From positions 74,895 to 138,894 of the forward strand of contig CAZFSR010000006.1 of the NCBI GenBank assembly GCA_964521575.1: a DNA stretch of 64,000 nt, written 5' to 3'. This document shows, in pieces, positions 45,800 to 54,710 of this stretch. Numbering within the stretch: position 1 is the first letter of the stretch; every line of letters begins with the position of its first letter. Source of the stretch: an uncultured Synergistaceae bacterium (GTDB lineage: Bacteria; Synergistota; Synergistia; Synergistales; 79-D21). The position numbers were made by a program, and so were the translations under genes. Under the pieces are notes generated by a model. It ran no database searches, had not been told where the DNA came from, and saw only the letters and a list, made by a program, of their open reading frames with translations.

Positions 45800-48346
45800 A
45801 TGCCGGTTCCGGAAAACGCCTACAGCCAACCCGTTGACCTGCTCCTGCAAGCGCTTTCTTCCAATCCCGACTCGGGACTGACTTCCGAAGCCGCCCTTCA
45901 TGCGCTGGAGCGATTCGGCCCCAACTCCCTGGAGCAGGAAAAGACCCGTCCGTGGTGGATCTTCCTGTTGTCCCAGTTCAAGAGCCCCATGGTCTGGCTT
46001 CTTTTTCTCGCAGCCGTTGTCAGCCTCTTCATGAAAGAGATCCTTGACGCCGCCGCGATCCTCGTTGTCATTTCACTGAACACGACGATTGGTTTCCTCA
46101 CTGAATTTCGAGCAGAAAAAGCCATGGAAGCCCTGCGCTCGATGACCTCTCCCAACGCAAGGGTCCTTCGGGACGGAAGACCGCTTGTCATCCCTGCAGT
46201 CATGGTTGTTCCCGGCGATATTCTCCTACTGGAGGCAGGAGACCTCGTCCCCGCTGATGCCCGACTGCTGGAGGCCCGCAACCTGGAACTCGGAGAAGCA
46301 TCCCTTACGGGAGAATCGATGCCCGTAACGAAAGTCCCGGCTATCCTGCCGGAGGGAACTCCGCTGGCGGACCGGACAAACTGCGTTTTTTCCGGAACGG
46401 CTGTTGTCATGGGGAACGGAAAGGCGCTCGTATATGCGACCGGCTTGAAGTCGGAACTGGGAAGAATCAGCATTCTTCTCGGCAGCATTCGTAAGCAAGC
46501 AACCCCCCTTGAGGAAAAACTGGAAAAGTTTAGCCGTTTCCTGATCTTCCTGGTCGCTGGTATTGCGGCACTTGTTTTCGCTATTGGTGCATTGCAGGGC
46601 AGGGGGATATTCAGGATGTTCGAAACCGGGATCGCATTGGCTGTCGCAGCTGTCCCCGAGGGACTTCCGTTTGTCGCAACGATGACCCTTGCTATCGGGG
46701 TTCACAGGATGGCCAAGCAGAAGGCACTTGTACGAAACCTTTCAGCCGTAGAGACTCTTGGCTCCACGACGGTGATCTGCACGGATAAGACCGGAACGTT
46801 GACTCTCAACGACATGACTGTTCGCCTGGTGCTCCCCACTGATCCGGAGCTGGAGAACCTGCTGCTCCGGACCGCGGTCCTCTGCAACAATGCCTCAATT
46901 GTAGAAAGCGGTGACATCGGGGACCCCATGGAGATCGCCCTGCTCAGGATTGCGCAAGCGAAAGGGCTTGACATCGAAAAAACGCGCGGATTGTTTCGCC
47001 GTACGGCGGAAATCCCCTTCGATTCACGCACGATGACTATGGAGACTTCGCACGGCTCTTGCAAGGCCTTGAAGGGAGCTCCAGAGAAACTGCTTTCCAG
47101 GCTTGAGGGAATCTGGACAAGGGAGGGCATTCGGCCATTTTCCGAATCTGACCGAAACCTCTGGCTCGGCAGGGTCGCGGAGATCTCCTCGGGTGGAATG
47201 CGCTCCCTTGCGTTCGCTTGGGGAAACGAAAAAGAAGGAATGGCCTTCCTTGGCCTGATGGGGATCATCGATCCTCCCAGGCCGGATGTCAAGGCGGCCG
47301 TCCAAGCCTGCCATGAGGCAGGCATTCACGTCGTGATGGTCACAGGGGACCATCTCGAAACCGCACGGTCGATCGCCCAGGAAGTCGGCATCCTGAATCA
47401 GCGGTTCCCGGAAAGCCTCGATGGGAAAACCTTGGAGGCAATGGATGAAAAGAAACTGACATCAAAATCTTTAGGGATTTCCGTCATCGCCCGCGTCGCC
47501 CCTGAGCACAAGCTGAAACTCGTCCGGGCCTTTCAGGCTTCGGGCGAAACTGTCGCCATGACGGGTGACGGGGTGAACGATGCTGTGGCGCTCAAACAGG
47601 CCGACGTCGGAATCGCCATGGGGATACAGGGAACGGAAGTGAGCAAGGAGTCTTCCGACATCATCCTCCAGGATGACCGGTTCTCAACGATTGTGAAAGC
47701 TATCGGCGAAGGCCGTAGAATATTCGGCAACATCAGGAAATCTGTCCTGTTCTTGCTCTGTTGTAACCTAAGCGAGGTCTTCACCCTTCTTTTCGCTCTT
47801 CTGCTAAGGCTTCCGGCCATCCTCCTTCCCCTCCAGATCCTCTGGATAAACCTCATTACCGATGTTCTTCCGGCTCTCTCGCTTTCGCTGGACCCTCCCG
47901 AGCCGGGTTCCATGCGGCGCCCGCCCACGCCGCGCATGGAGAACATCCTCACTCGGCGCCATCACCGCCTCATTGTCTGCTACGGGTCCATTATGAGCCT
48001 GGGCGTGTTCGCCGTCCTTTTCGCAGCCTTGTCGCACAATCCGGAGGATACCGAAAACGCCACCGCGATGGCTTTCCACGCAATGGTCATCTCCCAGCTG
48101 CTCTTCGTGTTCAACGTCAGGGAGCACAGCCTCTTACGAAAACCGCGTCAACTGACGGCCAATCCCTGGCTCATTCTCTCCGTTCTTGTCTCGCTGGGAA
48201 CCCAGGTTCTCATCACGCATATCCCTGTTTTCCAAAGAGTCCTTTCCATTCACCCCCTCCCTGCTTGGGAGTGGGGGATCGTCCTTGCCGGGGCCCTTAT
48301 CCCAACAGCGGTCGCGCAGTTCCATAAAGTCCTCCTCGGCCGCTGA
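45800..48346 (+). CDS. P-type cation-transporting ATPase (P2 / Ca2+-ATPase-like)
   Basis: TGES; phosphorylation site ICTDKTGTLT; MVTGD; TGDGVNDAVALKQADVGIAMG; about 10 TM segments. Confidence 0.88.
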   Translation: MPVPENAYSQPVDLLLQALSSNPDSGLTSEAALHALERFGPNSLEQEKTRPWWIFLLSQFKSPMVWLLFLAAVVSLFMKEILDAAAILVVISLNTTIGFLTEFRAEKAMEALRSMTSPNARVLRDGRPLVIPAVMVVPGDILLLEAGDLVPADARLLEARNLELGEASLTGESMPVTKVPAILPEGTPLADRTNCVFSGTAVVMGNGKALVYATGLKSELGRISILLGSIRKQATPLEEKLEKFSRFLIFLVAGIAALVFAIGALQGRGIFRMFETGIALAVAAVPEGLPFVATMTLAIGVHRMAKQKALVRNLSAVETLGSTTVICTDKTGTLTLNDMTVRLVLPTDPELENLLLRTAVLCNNASIVESGDIGDPMEIALLRIAQAKGLDIEKTRGLFRRTAEIPFDSRTMTMETSHGSCKALKGAPEKLLSRLEGIWTREGIRPFSESDRNLWLGRVAEISSGGMRSLAFAWGNEKEGMAFLGLMGIIDPPRPDVKAAVQACHEAGIHVVMVTGDHLETARSIAQEVGILNQRFPESLDGKTLEAMDEKKLTSKSLGISVIARVAPEHKLKLVRAFQASGETVAMTGDGVNDAVALKQADVGIAMGIQGTEVSKESSDIILQDDRFSTIVKAIGEGRRIFGNIRKSVLFLLCCNLSEVFTLLFALLLRLPAILLPLQILWINLITDVLPALSLSLDPPEPGSMRRPPTPRMENILTRRHHRLIVCYGSIMSLGVFAVLFAALSHNPEDTENATAMAFHAMVISQLLFVFNVREHSLLRKPRQLTANPWLILSVLVSLGTQVLITHIPVFQRVLSIHPLPAWEWGIVLAGALIPTAVAQFHKVLLGR

Positions 48347-48412
48347 ACCCTCCCGCGAAACTTCATGTGCTAACATAAACGCATCGAACAGAGAATGACT
48401 GGAGGGAAGGGA

Positions 48413-50866
48413 ATGCCTAAACCGAAACGTTTTGAACTCACTTTGCCAAAGCTGAGAAAAAGGACCTCCACCGCATCCCTCGGTTTTCAGACAACGGAAG
48501 AAATCGGCTGCCTGGAAGGCCTGATCGGCCAGCAGCGCGCCGTGGAAGCAATGGAATTCGGACTTGACGTGGCAAGCAAGGGATACAACATCTTCGTCGT
48601 CGGCGACCACGGGAGCGGCCGCACAACCTACTCCCTCGACCAGCTTCGCAAACGCGCCAATACGCTCCCTTGTCCGGATGACTGGCTTTACGTCTACAAT
48701 TTCGCGAACGCCGGGGAACCCTTGGCGATCAACCTGCCGCCCGGAATGGGCAAAAAACTTTCGGATAGCCTCATAGAGCTGGTTGACGAGTTGAAAACGA
48801 CCCTGAGCAAGGCTTTTGAGAACAGTCAATACGAGGACTCGAAGGCCCAATTGGTCAAGGAGTTCCAGGAGCAGGTCAACGGGTTGATGGAATCTGTAAG
48901 GAACTGGGCGCAAGAAAAGGGGTTTTCGATCAAGAGGACCCCCCAGGGTTTCGTCAACATCCCCCTTTCCCAATCTAAGGATGAAGACGGCAACGTGGTC
49001 AGTAAGGAAATGCAGCAGGAAGAATTCGAGGCCCTGTCAGAAACTGAGCAGAAGCAACTTCAGACCAAATCCGAGGAGGTTTCACAGAAAACCCTCGAGG
49101 TTCTTCGTAAAATCCGTGACCACGAAAAGGCCCTCAAGGAAAAAATCAAGAACCTCGAGGCCGAAATTTGCCGAAATGCCATCCGTCCCTATCTATCCGA
49201 CCTGAAAACTCAATACGGCAAGGGCGATAAGATCGCCCAGTGGATCGATGCCCTTACCGAAGACATCATCGAAAACTTCAACATCTTCATTGCGGCGGCG
49301 CGCGACGAAAACGCCGATGTCGATTTCAGCCGATACAGCGTGAATGTATTCGTATCGAACGAACCGGATGCTGGAGCTCCCGTCATCCATGAAACCAATT
49401 CGACTTACTATAATCTTGTCGGCAAGGTCGAGTACGAAAGCCGCCAGGGCTATCTCTACACCGATTTCAGGAAAATCGTTCCTGGAGCGATTCACCGGGC
49501 GAACGGAGGCTACCTCGTTCTGGATGCCGAGGAAATCCTCCGACAGTTCATGTCTTGGGAAGCTCTCAAACGTGTGCTTCGAACCCAGGAACTTTCCATC
49601 GAGAACCTTGGAGAGCAGCTCGGTTTTGTCCCAGTCTCCTCACTCAGGCCCGAAGCCATCCCGACACAGATCAAGGTTGTCATCATCGGAAGCCGATGGA
49701 TCTATTACCTGTTGAACCTTTATGACCCCGAATTCCAGAAACTCTTCAAAATCAAAGCGGACTTCGATGTCGACATGCCCAGGACAAAATCGACCGAACA
49801 CCAGCTAGCCTGCTTCATTGCAAGCTACGTCCAGAAAGAAGGCGCCCTGCATTTCACCGCAGACGGCGTGGCGGAAGTTATCGAATTCGCTTCCCGTCTC
49901 GCGGGGAACCAGACCCGCATGTCGACGAGGTTCAACCAGATCGAGGAAATCCTTGTCGAATCCGTGGCGTGGGCACGGAAATCATCCAGGACGGTCGTCA
50001 CTTCGGACATTGTCAGGAAAGCCTTTAACGCGAAGCGCTTCCGCTCGAACCTGATCGAGGAAAGAATCCAAAGGTCATTCGAGAACGGCCAGATCCGAAT
50101 CGATACCGAAGGAACGGCCGTCGGGCAGATCAACGGCCTCACCGTGCTCGATTTCAGGGAATACATGTTCGGCCATCCCGTCAGGATTACCGCGAACGTT
50201 TACATGGGACAAGAGGGGATCGTCAATATCGAGCGTGAGGTCAAGATGACCGGCCCGATCCACAACAAAGGACTGCTGACGCTGAGCAGTTTCCTGGGAA
50301 GGAAGTTCGCAAGGGAAATGCCTTTGTCCCTGTCCGCGCGCATTGCCTTCGAACAAACCTACGATGGTATCGAAGGAGACAGCGCTTCGTCGACGGAACT
50401 ATACGCTTTGCTTTCAGCGCTTTCCGGCATCGGGGTCAACCAGTCGATCGCCGTAACGGGTTCAGTGGATCAATTCGGGAACATCCAGCCGATTGGTGGA
50501 GCAAACGAGAAAATCGAGGGTTTTTTCCGTTGCTGTGCATATCGAGGCCTGACCGGGAGCCAGGGCGTTTTGCTGCCGAGACAGAACGTGATCAACCTCA
50601 TGCTTGACCATGAGGTGCTCGACGCAGTAGGCAAAGGCCTGTTCCACATCTGGGCGGTCGATACGATCGAGCAGGGTATTGAAATCCTCACCGGAACTCC
50701 GGCTGGCGTACCCGACGAAAAAGGTGAATACCCGGCGGGCACCGTTTACGGCAAGGTCATGGAACAACTGAAGACCTGGATGGAAAAAGCCCGCCGGCTA
50801 AAGAAGGGCGAGACAAACAACGCAAAAGGCGAACGCAAGGAAGATGCCTCCGAAAACGGGGATTGA
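48413..50866 (+). CDS. Lon-like protease (COG1067 / LonC-like): a degenerate AAA-like domain with a coiled-coil insertion plus an S16 protease domain
   Basis: LIGQQRAVEAMEFGLDVASKGYNIFVVGDHGSGRTTY (Walker A Lys replaced by Arg); LVLDAEEIL in place of Walker B; C-terminal Ser-Lys dyad context IEGDSASSTELYALLSAL...PIGGANEKIEGFF. ATG 48413 lies 6 nt after GGAGGG. Confidence 0.75.
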   Translation: MPKPKRFELTLPKLRKRTSTASLGFQTTEEIGCLEGLIGQQRAVEAMEFGLDVASKGYNIFVVGDHGSGRTTYSLDQLRKRANTLPCPDDWLYVYNFANAGEPLAINLPPGMGKKLSDSLIELVDELKTTLSKAFENSQYEDSKAQLVKEFQEQVNGLMESVRNWAQEKGFSIKRTPQGFVNIPLSQSKDEDGNVVSKEMQQEEFEALSETEQKQLQTKSEEVSQKTLEVLRKIRDHEKALKEKIKNLEAEICRNAIRPYLSDLKTQYGKGDKIAQWIDALTEDIIENFNIFIAAARDENADVDFSRYSVNVFVSNEPDAGAPVIHETNSTYYNLVGKVEYESRQGYLYTDFRKIVPGAIHRANGGYLVLDAEEILRQFMSWEALKRVLRTQELSIENLGEQLGFVPVSSLRPEAIPTQIKVVIIGSRWIYYLLNLYDPEFQKLFKIKADFDVDMPRTKSTEHQLACFIASYVQKEGALHFTADGVAEVIEFASRLAGNQTRMSTRFNQIEEILVESVAWARKSSRTVVTSDIVRKAFNAKRFRSNLIEERIQRSFENGQIRIDTEGTAVGQINGLTVLDFREYMFGHPVRITANVYMGQEGIVNIEREVKMTGPIHNKGLLTLSSFLGRKFAREMPLSLSARIAFEQTYDGIEGDSASSTELYALLSALSGIGVNQSIAVTGSVDQFGNIQPIGGANEKIEGFFRCCAYRGLTGSQGVLLPRQNVINLMLDHEVLDAVGKGLFHIWAVDTIEQGIEILTGTPAGVPDEKGEYPAGTVYGKVMEQLKTWMEKARRLKKGETNNAKGERKEDASENGD

Positions 50867-51542
50867 TACGGAAAAGCTCCTTACCGTCCTCAGCCGTCTT
50901 GAAAACGAATGGGGGATGGAAAGCCGTCCTGTGGACCGTTCTTTTGGCAGCCCGCTAGATGGCCTGATCGCCACGCTCCTTTCGCAAAACACCAACGACC
51001 GAAACAGCGAAAGGGCTTTTTTCGAGATGAAGCGACGCTGGCCGTCCTGGGACCAGGTGATGGAAACCGGCATGGAAAACCTCACCGACGCCATCCGGAT
51101 TGCAGGATTGGCTCCAACCAAGGCGTCCAGAATCAGGGAAATCCTGTCCAAGGTCAAAAAGGATTTCGGGTCCTATAACCTCGACGCCTTAAAGGCATGG
51201 AACCCCTTCAAGGCCAGGGATTACCTTGTCAGTTTACCCGGTATCGGGCCCAAGACGGCGGGTTGTGTCCTGGCCTTTGAACTGGGGATGCCTGCCTTTC
51301 CGGTCGACACGCATGTTGCGAGAATTGCCAGAAGGTTGGGTTGGTTCTCGGCCAGACAGGCTCCAACGGAGATCCAGGAGGAAATGGAGAGACGGGTCCC
51401 CCAGGAAAGGCAGGCAGGAGGACACTTGAATTTCATCCTCCATGGCCGGAACACCTGTCACGCAAGAAAACCCGATTGCAGCCGATGTCCTCTAACGGAC
51501 CTTTGCCCCTTCCCGGCTGGAGCGGGTGGGATTGGCTGTTGA
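50844..51542 (+). CDS. nth: Endonuclease III-like HhH-GPD DNA glycosylase with a 4Fe-4S cluster
   Basis: LIATLLSQNTND; HhH LPGIGPKTAGCVL; VDTHV; Fe-S loop CHARKPDCSRCPLTDLC (C-X6-C-X2-C-X5-C). Overlaps the end of the Lon-like gene by 23 nt. Confidence 0.82.
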   Translation: MPPKTGIDTEKLLTVLSRLENEWGMESRPVDRSFGSPLDGLIATLLSQNTNDRNSERAFFEMKRRWPSWDQVMETGMENLTDAIRIAGLAPTKASRIREILSKVKKDFGSYNLDALKAWNPFKARDYLVSLPGIGPKTAGCVLAFELGMPAFPVDTHVARIARRLGWFSARQAPTEIQEEMERRVPQERQAGGHLNFILHGRNTCHARKPDCSRCPLTDLCPFPAGAGGIGC

Positions 51543-52684
51543 GAAACCTCTACAGGGTTGGCCTTAGTCCCTGCCCAACCTATGAGAAAGCAGTCGTCGA
51601 TAATGCCGTCAACCTGGCCCTAGAGCGATCAGGGGGAGGTCCGGAAATCGGGAACGATGTCCTGCTCAAGGCAAACCTCCTTGCACCGGTCCAGCCGGAG
51701 TGTGCCGTCACGACTCACCCGGCAATCCTGTCCGCGATCGCTACATGGGTCCGCGGGAAAAAACCCGGGGTCGAAATCACCATTTCCGATTCGCCCGGTT
51801 ATCTTTTCTCAGGGCAATGGCCCCTGTTCGTGGAAAATTGCGGACTTGAACAGCGCGGGGAAAAGGAACCCATTAAAGTCCTTCCCCTGAATGATGAAGG
51901 ATTTATGGAAATCGAAAAACCGGAAACGGTTGTCCTTGGAAAATTCAGTTTCCCCGTAAAGGCTGCGAATGCCGGAACGCTCTTCAATGTCGCGAAGTGC
52001 AAAACACACGTCGAAACGGAAATCACCGGTTGCCTGAAAAACACGTTTGCCTACCTCGATACAGCCACGCGCAAACGAGCCCACCGTAGCGGTTCGCTCA
52101 CACGCCTTTGCGATGCGATACTCGACGCTCATCTTGCGCGGCGGCCAGATTGGAACATCCTGGACGCAGTCATCGGGATGGAAGGGTATGGCCCCTCACA
52201 CGGAACACCGCGAAAAATGGGATGGATCATCGCCTCTGAAAACGCACTCGCGGCAGATGTTGTTGCAGCCGTGATGATGGGTTACGGGGACCCTTTCAAG
52301 ATTCCCCTTCTGGCCGTTGCGGCACGGCGCGGCATGGGCCCTTCGGACAAGGGGCAAATCGAGCTTCACGGAGCAACTTGGGAAGAACTACCGGTGCCGG
52401 GTTTCAGGAAGGCACCTTCCGCCCTGAGGCGGCTGGTTCCAACCCCGCTTAGGGGACTGGCTCATTCCCTGGTCAAGCTGAACCCGTTCTGGTCCCCTGA
52501 CTCCTGCACCCTTTGCAAGGCTTGCGTTAGGGTATGCCCCGCAGAAGCGATACGTATCCGTAACGGGCTGGTCGAGATCGACCGACGGCGGTGCGTCCGC
52601 TGCCTTTGCTGCCACGAAATGTGCACCGCCGGTGCCATGAAGGTCCGTCCCAACCTCCTCGCTAGGCTTTTGCTCAAGAAATGA
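51539..52684 (+). CDS. DUF362-domain protein with a C-terminal 2x[4Fe-4S] ferredoxin domain
   Basis: DUF362-like body (VLLKANLL...ISDSPG...LDAVIGMEGYGP). C-terminal CTLCKACVRVCP...CVRCLCCHEMC. TTG 51539 overlaps the nth stop (TTGA). The ORF-track start 51341 was rejected. Confidence 0.65.
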   Translation: MRNLYRVGLSPCPTYEKAVVDNAVNLALERSGGGPEIGNDVLLKANLLAPVQPECAVTTHPAILSAIATWVRGKKPGVEITISDSPGYLFSGQWPLFVENCGLEQRGEKEPIKVLPLNDEGFMEIEKPETVVLGKFSFPVKAANAGTLFNVAKCKTHVETEITGCLKNTFAYLDTATRKRAHRSGSLTRLCDAILDAHLARRPDWNILDAVIGMEGYGPSHGTPRKMGWIIASENALAADVVAAVMMGYGDPFKIPLLAVAARRGMGPSDKGQIELHGATWEELPVPGFRKAPSALRRLVPTPLRGLAHSLVKLNPFWSPDSCTLCKACVRVCPAEAIRIRNGLVEIDRRRCVRCLCCHEMCTAGAMKVRPNLLARLLLKK

Positions 52685-52687
52685 AAA

Positions 52688-52732
52688 AGGGAATTCCCCG
52701 CTTGCATCGTGGGGGAATTCCCTGTCATTTTT
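52688..52732. terminator. Bidirectional intrinsic terminator between the DUF362 gene and yerC
   Basis: 12-bp stem AGGGAATTCCCC / GGGGAATTCCCT, flanked by AAAAA upstream and TGTCATTTTT downstream. Confidence 0.75.
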
Positions 52733-52759
52733 AAGCCTTCCGGTCCCGTTTCTCGATAA

Positions 52760-53053
52760 TTAACCTTTTTCCTTCATACGATCAAGGACGATCTTGTAGC
52801 CATCAGCGCCATATTCCAGGAATTTCTTCACCCTGCTGATCGTCGCGGTGCTTGCTCCCGTTTGTTGCGCGATTTGCGGGTAGGTGTACCCCTCGTTCAG
52901 CAGCCTCGCAACTTCAAGGCGCTGCGCCAACGCACGGATCTCGCCGATCGTGGCGATATCCTCGAGAAATCGGTAGACTTCCTCCTCCGTCTCCAGGGCC
53001 AGAATGGCCTTGCACAACTGGTCAGTCAGACGGTCTTTCCATTTTTCCGCCAC
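52760..53053 (-). CDS. yerC: YerC/YecD family TrpR-like DNA-binding protein
   Basis: DQLCKAILALETEEEVYRFLEDIATIGEIRALAQRLEVARLL...TGASTATISRVKKFLEYGADGYK. GTG 53053 lies 6 nt after GGAGGTG. The track's TTG 53068 overlaps the SD. Confidence 0.85.
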   Translation of the reverse strand: MAEKWKDRLTDQLCKAILALETEEEVYRFLEDIATIGEIRALAQRLEVARLLNEGYTYPQIAQQTGASTATISRVKKFLEYGADGYKIVLDRMKEKG

Positions 53054-53102
53054 CCTTTTCACCTCCAAGTGTATGTAAGCAGAGCGATCGTTCCTTTATC
53101 GG

Positions 53103-53130
53103 ATTATAGCATAAACTTTACCTCGTTCAA
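53103..53130 (-). promoter_or_regulatory. Putative sigma-70-type promoter of yerC
   Basis: Minus strand TTGAAC, 16 nt, consensus TATAAT. Confidence 0.55.
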
Positions 53131-53164
53131 GCGTTGATGGACACAAGTCTTGAAAGGGATCGCT

Positions 53165-54217
53165 TCAATCGACTTCCTGCAGGATGTTCATGAATCTGCC
53201 GAGTTCGTCTTCCTTGCCGATCGAAACCCGAAACCAATCTCCGGGGATATCCAGCTCAAGGAACTTGACGTGTATTCCGGCTTCATCCATTCTCTCACGC
53301 ACCCTGGCATTCGCAACGGGAGAGCGGACCAGCACGAAGTTTGAATCACTCTCGAAGGCCCGCCACCCAGGAAGCCGGTTGATCCCACGCACCAGTTGAT
53401 CCCTCATGTAGCGGATGCTCAGGACTCGGCTTTCCATCCACTCACCGTATTGAAGCACGATACCCGCGATTTCCTGGGAGAGGAGGCCAACATTGTACGG
53501 ATCCCTTACCTTTTCGATTTCGGCAGCAATAGAAGGCGAACAGGCCGCATAACCAATCCTTAGGCCGGCCATTCCCCATGCTTTCGAAAGCGTTTTTAAG
53601 AAACAGAGGTTCCCGGGGATAACCGTTTCACGAAAGGTTTCAAGGTATGTCTCCCTTGCAAATTCTCCGTAGGCCTCGTCGATCACCAGCACCCCCCGGT
53701 AGTTTGCCGCTAGCGCCGCGAGGAAGCTGTTCGGAAGGGGTTTACCTGTCGGATTGTTTGGATTATCCAGGAGGATCAGGTCGGGAGAGTGGCGAAAGAC
53801 CTCTTCCATGAAGCACTTCTCGTCAAGGGAGATTTCCGTCTCGCCGAATTCGAGCGGAACGCGGATCCATTCGGCCTTGTGCCTACGGCAGAGTTCGGGG
53901 TATTGCGAGAAAGTCGGCGAAAGGGAAAGGACTCTTGACCCCTTTTCGACAAAAGCCGTGAAGAGCAACGTCAGGATTTCATCTCCCCCATTGCCGATGA
54001 CAATATCCTGCATCCTAATTCCCGTCATTTCCGAAAGCGTTTCCCTGAGCTTCCTTGCCTCGGGGTCCGGGTATCGGTTCAAATCAATTGTGGTGACCAA
54101 CTGCCGTACTTCCTCCCTTAGGGAAGGGGGTAGCCTGAAGGGATTTTCGTTTTTGTCCAGAAATACCGGCATATCGTTTCTGCTTCCTGGGGTAAAAAAA
54201 GAAGGACGGTCGTGCAA
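53165..54217 (-). CDS. hisC: Histidinol-phosphate aminotransferase
   Basis: LDKNENPF; DEAYGEF; PLP-lysine motif LSKAWGMAGLRIGY. TTG start lies 9 nt after GGAGG. Confidence 0.9.
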   Translation of the reverse strand: MHDRPSFFTPGSRNDMPVFLDKNENPFRLPPSLREEVRQLVTTIDLNRYPDPEARKLRETLSEMTGIRMQDIVIGNGGDEILTLLFTAFVEKGSRVLSLSPTFSQYPELCRRHKAEWIRVPLEFGETEISLDEKCFMEEVFRHSPDLILLDNPNNPTGKPLPNSFLAALAANYRGVLVIDEAYGEFARETYLETFRETVIPGNLCFLKTLSKAWGMAGLRIGYAACSPSIAAEIEKVRDPYNVGLLSQEIAGIVLQYGEWMESRVLSIRYMRDQLVRGINRLPGWRAFESDSNFVLVRSPVANARVRERMDEAGIHVKFLELDIPGDWFRVSIGKEDELGRFMNILQEVD

Positions 54218-54278
54218 GGGGTTTCGCCTCCGTTGCCCTGCTAGCTAGCTAAAGTAGTGCTTTTTTCACACGCGGGAG

Positions 54279-54307
54279 AGTTTACCAGCTTTTTGGGTGG
54301 TTGTCAA
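54279..54307 (-). promoter_or_regulatory. Putative sigma-70-type promoter of hisC
   Basis: Minus strand consensus TTGACA, 17 nt, TAAACT. Confidence 0.55.
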
Positions 54308-54343
54308 ACAGCTTGTTGCGCCTAACTCATGCCATGTCGGCGG

Positions 54344-54372
54344 TTGACGCGACACCCAACCCTGCATATAAT
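54344..54372 (+). promoter_or_regulatory. Putative sigma-70-type promoter of the tRNA Leu-fMet-Met operon
   Basis: TTGACG (54344-54349), 17 nt, consensus TATAAT (54367-54372), 12 nt upstream of tRNA-Leu. Confidence 0.7.
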
Positions 54373-54384
54373 AGGTCAGCGCTG

Positions 54385-54471
54385 GCCGGGCTGGCGGAAT
54401 GGGTAGACGCACGGGACTTAAAATCCTGTGGACGAAAGTCCGTGCGGGTTCGATTCCCGCGCCCGGCACCA
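54385..54471 (+). tRNA. tRNA-Leu (anticodon UAA), long variable arm, CCA encoded
   Basis: GCCGGGC acceptor stem paired with GCCCGGC-A-CCA; anticodon loop CUUAAAA; variable stem-loop GTGGACGAAAGTCCGT; GGTTCGATTCC T-arm. Confidence 0.9.
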
Positions 54472-54483
54472 GAGAGCTGATAT

Positions 54484-54562
<79 letters not shown>

Positions 54563-54639
54563 GGCGGTGTAGCTCAGTTGGCTAGAGCATGCGGTTCATA
54601 CCCGCAGTGTCAGTGGTTCGACTCCACTCACCGCCACCA
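54563..54639 (+). tRNA. Elongator tRNA-Met (anticodon CAU)
   Basis: GGCGGTGTAGCTCAGTTGGCTAGAGCATGCGGTTCATACCCGC...CACCGCCACCA. The anticodon loop UUCAUAC and 5' half resemble Firmicute elongator Met as I recall it. An Ile2(CAU) identity is not formally excluded. Confidence 0.8.
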
Positions 54640-54660
54640 ACTGAATATTTTTTCCTTTGT

Positions 54661-54687
54661 GGCGGGCGCTCAACCCGCCCTTTTTTT
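54661..54687 (+). terminator. Intrinsic terminator of the tRNA operon
   Basis: GGCGGG-CGCTCAA-CCCGCC followed by CTTTTTTT. Confidence 0.75.
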
Positions 54688-54710
54688 ATAAAAACCAAAA
54701 GGATGAAGAC

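Noticed and set aside
48134-48973. A 279-aa minus-strand ORF spanning the 3' end of the P-type ATPase, the intergenic gap and the 5' end of the Lon-like gene
   Set aside because: The plus strand encodes strongly conserved family motifs across the same bases (the ATPase C-terminal TMs, and Lon-like LIGQQRAVEAMEFGL...GDHGSGRTT). The antisense product is low-complexity with no recognisable motif or RBS. Long antisense ORFs are expected at this GC content.
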